From the NCBI GenBank assembly GCA_964016885.1, contig OZ024750.1, positions 14,880,001-14,944,000 of the forward strand: a DNA stretch of 64,000 nucleotides, written 5' to 3'. A model generated the notes under the pieces. It saw only the letters and a list, made by a program, of their open reading frames with translations. It was not told the origin of the DNA and made no database searches. Shown here one piece after another: positions 53,471-64,000 of the stretch (position 1 is its first letter; every line of letters starts with the position of its first letter). A program made the position numbers and the translations under genes. The DNA comes from Eledone cirrhosa (Eukaryota).

Positions 53471-53853
53471 TCACATATATGCATACAAACACACACATAC
53501 ATGTGTACATATATACATATACCTACACTTGTAAAAGTTACAATATCAATAATAAATATTCTTATAACAGGTGCATTGATCACAACTACTGACATTTTTT
53601 ACATTTCCTATCAGTCGTCTGTTTTCTTATAATATATATTGAAACAGGAAAAAAGTCAAGTAATAAAAGAAATAAATACACAACATAAAATAAAGATTTG
53701 AATACAAAAGATTCTTATAGAAGAGAACTATATAGACAATTAATCTAGGGGCTATGTTTATTATGATGTGAGAAATATATTTTACTTTTTGCATTTCATT
53801 ATTAAAATACAAATATACAGCTAAAGAATTCAATTCAAATAATTCTATTTTAG

Positions 53854-54033
53854 AATCAGCCAGGGGGAACTTTTGTTTTTAAAGCGTCTGCCAAAGCCCG
53901 ACAAAGTTCCAGTGTTATATATTCATTTAATGATTTTAATGGAAACACTTCTAAAGTGTTTGCAATTGATCCAAAAAATGGCATTATAACAACCAATATA
54001 CCATTGGACAGAGAGAGTCACAATATTTACAAA
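53854..54033 (+). CDS. Cadherin exon 20 (NQPGGTFVF...FAIDPKNGII...PLDRESHNIYK)
   Basis: ttttag/gtaagt; LDRE motif; 60 codons. Confidence 0.94.
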
Positions 54034-55515
54034 GTAAGTATATTTTCATGAATTATTTAAGTATTCTCTAATTAACCCTTTAGCATTTACATTATTCTAT
54101 ATATACTATTGTATTTTTGTGGTAAAGGCTTTATCTTACATAATTATCTCACATAATATCGAATCTACGAGATTTTGATGTTATCTATTTTAAGAACAAT
54201 ACCTTAATGTCAGTATGAGCAGCCAGTTATGGCCAATTTGAATAGAAAGAGGTGAGAGAATTCTGACCGGATACGGCCGGTTTAAATGTTAAAGGTTTTA
54301 AATATAAACAAATTTCAAGATTTAACATTTCTGCCAACTCAGCATGTAATGGAACTTTTTCGGTTTCGATTATGAGTGTTGCAGCTGTTCAATCTACAGA
54401 ACAGTTTACTCGTAAATTAACGTTTAAGTATCTGAGCATTTCACAAATACGTGTCCTCCTATCATAATTCTTAGGGAGATTCGTCATTACACAGTGGGTG
54501 ACAAGGTAGGTCTTTTCAATTATATATACAGTTTATATGATGGACTACTAAACATTTACCGTCATTCCAAGTTCATTCAGAAGGTTTGGCTCGATCGGAA
54601 GCTATCATGAATAACACTTGCCCAATATGCTACGTAGTAAAATTTAACCCGGGACCTGGTGATTACAAAGCTTCTTAACCAATAGTCCATACGCCTACAA
54701 CTCATCATAAGGACCAAGAAGAATAATGTCTTAGTTAAGAAGATAAGAGCTTGAAATTGTTTTAAATTAAATCAATTGATGGCGAAAATAAATAAATTTC
54801 TTTTTGAGTCTATTTTATTATATTGATCTGTTTTTGATTCCTTACTTTAGCAAAACACCAATATTTTTGCATTGAACAGCCTTATAGTCGATTAAAATGT
54901 CTAATTGGTATACATTTCACCAGCCTCAGAGAAATTAACATAAAATTGATTCTGTAAGGATCTTCCCTTGAAAACTTGGTGAACAAAAATGCTATACTGT
55001 GCTGTATTTAGGTTGACGTTCTACTGTCTAGATCCACGACTTATTCCTGAGATAATTATGTGAGATAAAGTGTTTACTGTGAAAATACAATAGTAAATAT
55101 AGAGTAATATAAATGCTAAAGGTTTAAGTGAAAAGAGTAGAATCTATGGAAACTGGTGATCGGCTTGTTTCGGAAAATGATTGTACAATATATTAAGGAA
55201 GTGGAATAATCTAGTATGATGTGAGGAACAAAAGAAATCTGATGTTTCGGAGAGGGCTCTTTATCCGAGAAATATGCAATGATACTAAGAGTTGTGTAGT
55301 GCTGAAGGAAGAATGAATTGGTTACTGTTGTTGTATGAAGTGTAGTGTTGTGGTTATTAAGCTAAGAATAGATAAAATAGAGATGTTAGAAGTGAGTGAA
55401 AAATGGAGTTTGGAGGCTTTCTGTATCTCAGTTCAAATCCAATCAGTGACAAGGCTGTATATTACCATTCTGGAATTAATGATATGAGTTCATTACTAGC
55501 TAATATACTGAAATT

Positions 55516-55617
55516 AATTGTTTCTACTTTTGGCACCAGGCCAGCAATTATATCAGTACATTACTGGTACTTTATTTATCGACCCCATAAGGATGAAAGG
55601 CAAAGTGAACCTCGGCA
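55516..55617 (-). mobile_element. 5'-truncated SINE family A with TSD
   Basis: Flanked by ATATACTGAAATTAAT on both sides. Confidence 0.8.
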
Positions 55618-56245
55618 GGATATACTGAAATTAATGTGAATTGATTTGCATTTTAAGGTAGACAGTCAACCATGTGATTACATTAAAAAGGATGCAAGAC
55701 GTTATTTCCTCTTAATAGTATTCAATCCAGGGCCTTTTCACTCCTACCGGAGGAATCCCTGCTTGATTGACCTCCATCGTTTTCTGTTTTTGGTTTTAGT
55801 CATGTCAGAGTTGTAGTCGCACTCACCACGCTTGGCCAATTGCGGGTTGGTGAGGCTATTTAACCCATAGCTGGGTAAAATCATTTCTACAGCTGAGTGA
55901 ACTGGAGCAACGTGAAATAAAATGTTTTGTTCAAGAACACAACGCAAAGCCTGGTCCGAGGATCAAACTCACAACCTCAGGCTTTCCAGCGCATCTCCCT
56001 AACCACCCTCCAGGGAAACGCCTTCTCCATTCTGTCGGCCGGGGCTGTGGGGAGGCCATCAATATGATTACTTAACCCTTTTGTTAACTTACTCTGGCTG
56101 TTTCTCTCATCTCACAGTTCTTTCATTGTTTGGCAATATACATATATAGTATATAACCTCAGGATTCTAAGCCCGATGCTCTAATCATTAAGCCATGTGC
56201 CTTATCATATATCAACTTGTAATTATTATTTTTATTTTTGATCAG

Positions 56246-56359
56246 GTTGTTATTAAAGCTATTGATCGATTAAACACTAGTTACACAAGCATGAGACAAC
56301 TGAATGTTTTTGTGGGTGATATTGATGATAACAGACCAAGTTTTACATCATGTTCTTCG
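56246..56359 (+). CDS. Cadherin exon 21 (VVIKAIDR...VGDIDDNRPSFTSCSS)
   Basis: gatcag/gtaagt; DIDDNRP linker. Confidence 0.93.
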
Positions 56360-56389
56360 GTAAGTTAAAACAAAAAATTAAATTTTGTA

Positions 56390-56605
56390 TAATAATAATA
56401 ATGAAATTATTGTGTACAGTGCTCAGGTGCACTACAACTCACTCATCAAAGGTGCATGTATAATACATAGAATAATGTACAAATGTCATGAAAATGAACA
56501 GTGTACGAGTCATGAAATACATGTGTGCATGTGCATGGAAGGGGGACATCAGGTGTAGTGTTGGCGAATCTCAGGAAGCATGGAGGTTTTAAAGGCTGCA
56601 GTGTC
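56390..56605 (-). mobile_element. CR1-type LINE 3' end
   Basis: Homologous to 47240-47465. Confidence 0.8.
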
Positions 56606-57695
56606 TCGATGGTATAGATGGTAAGTAGTCAGAAATGGAAGATCTTTGAGCTATACACATAGCAGAATTTAGTCAAGTCCTTCTCAGATAAAATCCTAAT
56701 AGGCTCCAATTTATCTTTTACTCTCAACAGGGTTGATAAAGAAATACTAGTCAAACAGTTGGGTATTTCCCCCAACTACGATCCCTCATAAACCTGTATT
56801 TTGAATCAATTTTTAAAATCAATTTTTCAGAATCAATATTTTAAATTAGAAAGTGACTAATTTCTAAGCATACCGTGTCGATTCCTAGCATTAAACTATT
56901 TTTATTTCCTTTGACGCTACTGAAATCACACGAAAAAAGCATGAATGTCTAAATATCCAATATTCTTGTTCTAAAAAATGTAGGTCTTTAAACCTTGTCA
57001 AACAACTATAATCATCTTTGCTGTATTATATTTTCTAGTTATTTCCTTTAAACAGTATCTCCTAAAAGTATTAGACACATTACATAAACTTTATCTAATG
57101 CACTGGTCAAAAATGCATATTGAGCTGATTTTAAAGTCTGCATAAAATTCTTCAAGGCTAGGCAAATTAGCGTCATGGATTATAATCGTTGATAAAATTG
57201 AATTCTGCAAATTATAGTACATGGAGAATAATGACATATGTATTGTTATTGAAATTATGCCAAGAGACTAAAAATAGCAAAAGCAAAATAAAGTCAATTT
57301 AGGATAAAAAGCAAGTAAAAAAGAAGTACAAAAAACACAAAAAACAAAAACAAAAAACAAGCCCCTCAGAAACCTCCACAAAAAAAACAAAAACCAACAA
57401 CAAATAAATGGCTAAAAATGTAAAAAGAATTGACACGACACACTTGTTAACTACAATTTCACGGGAATTAATGGCTACATTGCTAGTTATTAATTAAACT
57501 ATTGCTAAAGTATTAATGAGAAAGTCAGCAGTTTTGTACTTTTATGTTAAGCCACTATTTTTGAATTAAATGCAGTTGTGAGCAATAAAATCATTAGGTG
57601 CTGGGTTTTCACACAGAAATCTAATAATAGGTTGGAAACATCTATTGAATACATGTTCATATAACCAAATAATCTGTGTCATTATTGTACTATAA

Positions 57696-57881
57696 GGGCG
57701 GTGAATTGGCAGTATCGGTAGAGGCTCGGACATGCTTTCCAGCATAGTTACGTCCCTTTATGATCTGAGTTCAAATCCCGCCGAGGTCAACTTTGCCTTT
57801 CATCCTTACGGGGTCGATAAAATAAAGTACCAGTAATGTACTGGGTAATTGCTGGCCTTGTGCCAAAAGTAGAAACAATTA
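57696..57881 (+). mobile_element. SINE family A with TSD
   Basis: ATTATTGTACTATA direct repeat on both sides. Confidence 0.88.
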
Positions 57882-58469
57882 TTGTACTATATAGCTTTTT
57901 AAAATTACTCACACACATATAGAGGTGCAGCCCTACATAAAGTTTATGTAGGTTAGAGCTTAGTACCAAAATAGCTGAAACATTGGGACACATCTTTCCA
58001 AGTAAAAGGTCAAAGATTATGTAAATATTTTTGAAATTTTAAAATAGGAAAATCCAGAAATTTATATATACCCAAGTACTGCAACGAACATTAGAATGAT
58101 TTACTGGTTAAAAGAATAATTTGTTCAGAGAAATTAATTAAATTATTTTAAATGGAAAGCGTGCATCCCAAAAAAGTTCGAGTAAAATTTCACTTTAGGT
58201 TCCCTGTATATTTGTAAATTTTTTACCCATTTTAATGAAGCTCAACGGCCATCACCTGAATTACCTAGATTCAATAATTAAGGACTGGAGCAACGTTAAA
58301 TAAAGTGTTCTATTCAAGGACACAATGTGACCTTACGATCGTGAGTTTACTACCCTAACCGCAAAGCCACGCATCTTCACACAAGAACGGTATATACGAT
58401 ATATATGCATTGAAATATCACCTGATATAAAAAAATAATTGTTTAAAATAAAGATATATGAGAAATATA

Positions 58470-58659
58470 TAATTGTTTATACTTTAGGCACAAGGCCAGC
58501 AATTACCCAGTGCATTACTGGTACTTTATTTTATCGACCCTGTAAGGATGAAAGGCAAAGTCAACCTCGGCGGGATTTGAACTTAGATCGTAAAGGGACG
58601 TAACTATGCTGGAAAGCATGGCGTCCGACCCTCTACCGATACTGCCAATCCACCGCCCT
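58470..58659 (-). mobile_element. SINE family A with TSD
   Basis: GATATATGAGAAATATATAAT direct repeat on both sides. Confidence 0.9.
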
Positions 58660-58911
58660 GGATATATGAGAAATATATAATAAATTCTTAATAGAAAGAT
58701 TAAAACTAGAGAATGTATTTTTAATGAGTAACATCCTCCCCCTCCCAACATATACTCACATGCATTCACATTCATACATACATAGAAATATACATACATA
58801 GAAATATAGATACATACATACATAGATATGTATGCCAATATAATATTAAAGATTAGCTAAAGGAGAATATTTATGTATAGCTAGTCAGAAATCAGCAGAT
58901 ACTCCACCCTG

Positions 58912-59352
58912 ACTATACCTTCAGATTAATACCCGTGGTTATTGGAGCACTGGGATATATTAGTAATTGCCTCAATACAAATCTTGAGAAGCTGGGCTTC
59001 ACAGGAACAGAAAGAACACGACTAGTTAGAAAATTACAAGTACAATCCATTAATGGAACAGTAAAGATATTTAAAACATTCCATATACACATATACAGAT
59101 ACAAAGAATATACACATGTACACATAAAACTCAAAACATACACCTCCATACATACAATAACTCAAAACATACACCTCCACACATACAATAACACAAATGC
59201 ATGCAGACATGCAGACATGCATACATGAATACATATCTACCTAGTTGATGTTGTGTAAATTCCAATGAGAGAGTCTTGTATCTATATTAGAAACCGACTC
59301 TCTCTCTCTTGGTAAATATTTGTGAAATTATAAAACCAGAGGAACATACATA
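58912..59352 (+). mobile_element. R4/Dong-like non-LTR element 3' end
   Basis: VIGALGYISNCLNTNLEKLG...LQVQSINGTVKIFKTF; inverted homologue of 49505-49935. Confidence 0.7.
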
Positions 59353-59800
59353 TGTACATATGTATATAAACATTTACACACACTAACATATACATATATT
59401 CTCAGACACAAAAATACACAGGAAACTGACAATTCTTGGGAAGCTCCACATTTTATGATGTTTTCTTAGTCTGCATTCGCTGATAATTGAATACTGCGTT
59501 CTCTATAACTATCAGACAATGTTAATTACAGAGTTATAATGTCATTAAAAAGATAATTAAACACTTCTATCAATTATTATAGAAACCACTAAAAAGGAAT
59601 CCTCTTGTTATATATTTAGCCAAGGAGTTATACAAATGTGGAGGCACGTGGCATAGTGGTAAGTGTGTTGGGTTGCGATCATAATATCGTGGGTTAGATT
59701 CCTGGACTGGGTTGTGTGTTGTGTTCTTAATTTCCCGTATTTATTTGTCATTTGTACTCGCTAAGAATGTAGCTTCTAATTTGAATGGAAAGAGATGGGT

Positions 59801-59872
59801 GATGTGTTGGTGTAAATGGTAGCACAGTGGTCTGGATAACCAAAGATGTGGGTTCGACTCCCATGTACGTCA
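59801..59872 (+). tRNA. tRNA-like cloverleaf (apparent anticodon GGA, Gln-like D arm); probably a pseudogene or SINE head
   Basis: 72 nt; acceptor GATGTGT/GTACGTC, D stem GTGT/GCAC, anticodon stem TGGT/ACCA with loop CTGGATA, T arm GTGGG-TTCGACT-CCCAT; T5 run about 10 nt downstream. Confidence 0.5.
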
Positions 59873-60095
59873 AAACTCATCTTTTTCCATTTATCTGAGG
59901 GTTCTAAACCCCATTATCAGACTAAAATTTCTTTAGTAAAAAAATACGGTGAAAGCTATTCTATTTTCTAATTTCAAACCTGCTCACTGTTTCAAAACAT
60001 ATTTACTTGTCATATATATATATATACATATATATATGTATATATATGTATATACATATATATATGTATATATATATAAACATTGAATTTTGTAG

Positions 60096-60225
60096 GTTTC
60101 TGACATAAAGCAGGTGAATATCGTGGAAAACTCAGCAGTTAATTATTATGTGACGCAAGTAACTGGCTGTGACAAAGATTTTAATACTAATAAAATGGCT
60201 TATGTTTGGGCTGACTATAAAACTT
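60096..60225 (+). CDS. Cadherin exon 22 (VSDIKQVNIVENS...VTGCDKDFN...YVWADYKT)
   Basis: ttgtag/gtaaga; xEN and DxD motifs; the gene continues beyond the window. Confidence 0.88.
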
Positions 60226-60696
60226 GTAAGATATAGATTTTGAATTTATTCTTCAATTTGTTCAACTTTCATAATTTCTCTTGTCACCAATGTCCTCTGC
60301 ATTCTCAGTGCGATTAGACCTATCATCATAATTGCCATAATCATCATAATCATAATAATAATGTTTAATCGGTTCGTTATAACTTATTCTATTCTATTTT
60401 TTCCTCGGTTACTCACTTGCATGTTCCATTGTCCTGTGTCCCCCTTCCATTCAGTTTGTTTACCCCATTTTTTTCTCTTTCTTCCTCTCTCCTCACTACT
60501 TTCCCTCCTGGCCTTTTGATCGATAAACGGCCTTGGACGCGCCGCTGATCGCTTTTGATGTCCTGTTTCAAGCGCCGAAGCATCTATGATCTACGGTTAA
60601 CAGCTGATGAAGGATTTCTTCTCTTGTTTCGTCCATATTACCATCTTAAACTTTGTTTACTGTAACCACACAGCTCGCTTCGTTCTTGTAATTTTA

Positions 60697-60770
<74 letters not shown>

Positions 60771-60778
<8 letters not shown>

Positions 60779-61175
60779 TAAACGGAATAGAAAATGCTGA
60801 CAAATTGTTCACAGTTGAAAAATGGTTTAATTAGGAATAAAAGAATATTAGTGATTGTATGGGTTAGTATTCAGTTGTGGTTTTAAGTTTTTAAGTTTTT
60901 ACCGGTTGCGCATTTCTAAATGCTTTTCAAAAATAATTTTGAGATAGAGCGTCCGTGCTCCGTGCTGTTTGCTCTGATCAGAGCAAACAGCACGGACACT
61001 CTCAAAATTATTTTTGAAAAGCATTTAGAAATGCGCAACCGGTAAAAACTTAAAAACTTAAAACCACAACTGAATACTAACCCATACAATCACTAATACT
61101 CTTTTATTCCTAATTAAACCATTTTTCAACTGTGAACAATTTGTCAGCATTTTCTATTCCGTTTACCAATATATA
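60771..61175. mobile_element. About 400-bp near-perfect palindrome (fold-back PLE-like terminus) with a minimal hammerhead-like motif in each arm
   Basis: Centre GCTCTGA|TCAGAGC at 60977/60978; arm motif TTGAAAA-GCATTT-ag-AAATGC-GCAA-CCGG-TA at 61014-61044; bounded by TA repeats. Confidence 0.75.
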
Positions 61176-61204
61176 ATAACTTGTGTGTTACACCTCTAAT
61201 CTTT

Positions 61205-61241
<37 letters not shown>

Positions 61242-61406
61242 ATACTTGGGGAGGGTCATATTGTTATGACATTGCCAGAAATAATAACAGAATACACTCA
61301 CTGTTTAGTTTGGGTTGGTGTTCGCTTCTGTATCTTTGATATCTCCATAGTTAATTTATTTGGCAATCAATGTTTATCATTGATTGACCAACGGTTAAAA
61401 ATACAG

Positions 61407-61445
<39 letters not shown>

Positions 61446-61580
61446 ATCAAGGTTCTTTCGTCACACATCCTCGACACCATCGATGGTACTATTATGTTTC
61501 CTTCCATTGTATTGTAATGTCTACGCCATTTTTATTTATTTACTTTATTTATTTATTATTGTCTCTGTCTCTGCGCATGC

Positions 61581-61637
<57 letters not shown>

Positions 61638-62647
61638 GATAAATCTACCAAGAGTTTACGGTAGTGTCCAATCCGTATTGAAATATAGAAATATATATAT
61701 AGAAATATATATATATATATATGTGTGTGTGTTTGTAACCAGTGCCCTCTGCACTTTCATTGCGACGTCACCTATCATCGTAATCACCATAATCATCATA
61801 ACCATCCTAAAAGTCAGCATAATGATCATTATAAAAAACAAAAATCATCGTAAAAGTCGCAATGATGAAAATCACTATCAACAAATATTTATTATAAAAT
61901 TCACAACAAAACAATGATTATAATGACACCAGAACAAGATACAAAACTGTGAGTGTGTATGTGTGTGTGTGTGTGTGTATGGCTGTGTGTGTGCGTGTAT
62001 GTGTGTGTATTATAGCTTGCTTATTTTTTTCTGGAATCTAAACTATAGTAAAGTAAGGAGTGCGGGACTGCGTACAGAATATATTTTTTCATCCCGTTTG
62101 TAAAATAAGTTGGATTACTTTGAATAAATAATGAATGAATATTACATAATTTATCTACTAAATTTCGTTATTCTTGATTAAATATAAATAATACTGTTGC
62201 TTATTTTAAGATTTACTTCTTTAAAATTTTTAAATGTCAACACTTCCGGTTAGCGATCGCTTAAATAAACATTCATATATTTACGTCACTAATTTTCTCC
62301 TAATGCAGTTTATATATATAATATCGTATTTTTTTTAATGTATCATGGATTACGTTACTGATTACATAAGACAGTGTAACGCAGTCTTCGTTCAATTTCT
62401 ATGTATTATATATTGTCAATTACGATTTTATTTGATGTATCATATCTACATGCATATATATTGCGTATAATATCAATATATACACTACTTGTGCTAGCAG
62501 GAAACCACCCGAAGGGTGGTTTTTCTGCTAGTATTCCTAAGGATATGAGAGTTGTCACAAATAGCTATTTTCTGCAGTTAGGCAGATCGAAAGTTGTTCT
62601 ACTTGGGTGGGCACTTGTTTTAGGGTAGATTTTGTTGGATTGGTAAG

Positions 62648-62868
62648 AGCGGTGGATTGGCAATATCGGTGGAGCATCAGATACTATGCTTTGCAGCATA
62701 GAGTTATAGCCCTTTACGTTCTGAATTTAAATCCCACCGAGGTTGGCTTTGCCTTTCATCCTTACGGGGTCGATAAAATAAAGCACCAGTAATGCACTGG
62801 GGTAGATTTAATCGACTTTCCCCTCCCCTTCAAATTGCTGACCTTGTGCCTAAAATAGAAACAATTAT
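62648..62868 (+). mobile_element. SINE family A (tail type 2)
   Basis: Head, core and tail. Confidence 0.82.
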
Positions 62869-64000
62869 TTCAAAAGAACTTCTAAAACTGAAAAATACTA
62901 TCACATCTATACAAAGTATTATAACATTGTCGCTTTTACTGTCTTTTTAGTCTCCTTCATTAATCTGCTTATATTCATGGAAGTATGTCTTATAAATCAT
63001 GCTGCTTGTTTTAATTTGATCGTCTCTTTTACTATAATATCAGTTGGATTATCCAAGATCAAGTGCATACAACCTGATAAGGTATTATGTACAATAAACA
63101 GTATTAAGTCGAATAAAATAAATTGACAATGAATAACTTTGCAACGTCAGTAGTATCTGTTTGAGGAGTGAAATGTTTTGGAATGTCTAAGTATTTATAG
63201 AATCCTCAAACCAAATGTAGATGATTGTCTATTTTATTTAAAACAAGAATCAAAGCGGGAGATGCTTAATACAAGCAGGTTTCAATTATAAATAATTTTC
63301 CAGATTTTTCACCTATTAATATTTTAATCTCTTATTATTAGGGTGGTGGAATTTTCAGACTTCATAGCTTGAAGTCTGAAAAACATTCTATTTATTTATT
63401 GCTGTTCTTTATTTTTCTTCTCCTTTGTGAGTTATTCTCTGGGTTTTGAAGCATTATCTTCATACTTTCTACATATTTCTTTCATTGTTCTTATTCTTTC
63501 GTCTATTAGAATTGGTAACACATCTATTGTTGGTGACTTGTTTTCTGTGTCTACGTTGGTTTACTTTAACTTTACTTTGTGTGTTTCGTTATTTTGTGAT
63601 AGTATCACCATATTTGTCTGTATTTGATTCTTTTATTGTGTTGTTGCGATCTTTAATTATATAATCCATATTACTCCATATTACTTCATATTACTTCGTA
63701 CTAACACAGGTTTAGATTTCTTGTTTTAAACTAGTAGTTCTCCCCCTGAGACTCTGTTCTTTTAGACAATGTCCCTTCTTGCAAATATTTCATCATTTTT
63801 ATTAGAAAGCAAAATATTAGCGCCTGGTGAAACTAATAGTCGATTGTATCGGTAAAAATCTGTTCAGTAAAGGATACAAAATAACATAACTTCGAATGCG
63901 ATACGCAAAAGTAAATTTCATCGAAATGAAAATAGATCTCTATATATTCCTAATTTTGGATTATTGTTTCTTCAAAGCTTGAGGGTATGATTTGTTTTAG

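Noticed and set aside
60500-60700. CTGATGAAGG at 60604 in a (TA)n-anchored block as a further ribozyme
   Set aside because: The GAAA half is missing; it may be a deleted PLE-like terminus but cannot be called a ribozyme.
63352-63384. Hairpin TTTTCAGACTTCA/TGAAGTCTGAAAA and a possible PLE C-terminal remnant near 63720-63830 (-)
   Set aside because: Too short and degenerate; no CTGANGA core on either strand.
60226-64000. Further cadherin exon after exon 22
   Set aside because: I found no phase-1 exon with cadherin motifs. The window ends in tttgttttag, which could be an acceptor, but nothing beyond it is visible.

Overview
Eukaryotic, AT-rich, repeat-dense genomic DNA. The SINE types and (TA)n/(CA)n/(CATA)n load look like an octopus or other coleoid cephalopod (inference). 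The whole window lies inside one + strand gene. I can trace 22 consecutive GT-AG exons (705..60225, 3357 nt, about 1118 aa, every intron phase matches) encoding about 11 extracellular cadherin repeats of a long non-classical cadherin of the CDH23/Cad87A/Cad88C type. Both gene ends lie outside the window. Nearly all long ORFs in the supplied track are artefacts of micro- and minisatellites. The introns hold about 30 tRNA-derived SINE copies, CORE-type SINEs, LINE remnants (RTE, CR1, R4/Dong-like, Penelope-like RT), mariner/pogo/hAT elements and MITEs, a Helitron nested in a hAT MITE, several minisatellites and a tRNA-like cloverleaf. The most interesting signal is a set of short elements anchored in (TA)n tracts that carry type I hammerhead ribozyme motifs. 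These include minimal forms with a U3-A8 core, they show stem covariation between copies, and they repeatedly form fold-back palindromes. They look like Penelope-like (PLE) terminal repeats or retrozyme-like derivatives. One apparently intact ribozyme lies on the sense strand of the cadherin pre-mRNA. All calls were made by eye; no search or folding program was run, and repeat boundaries are approximate.
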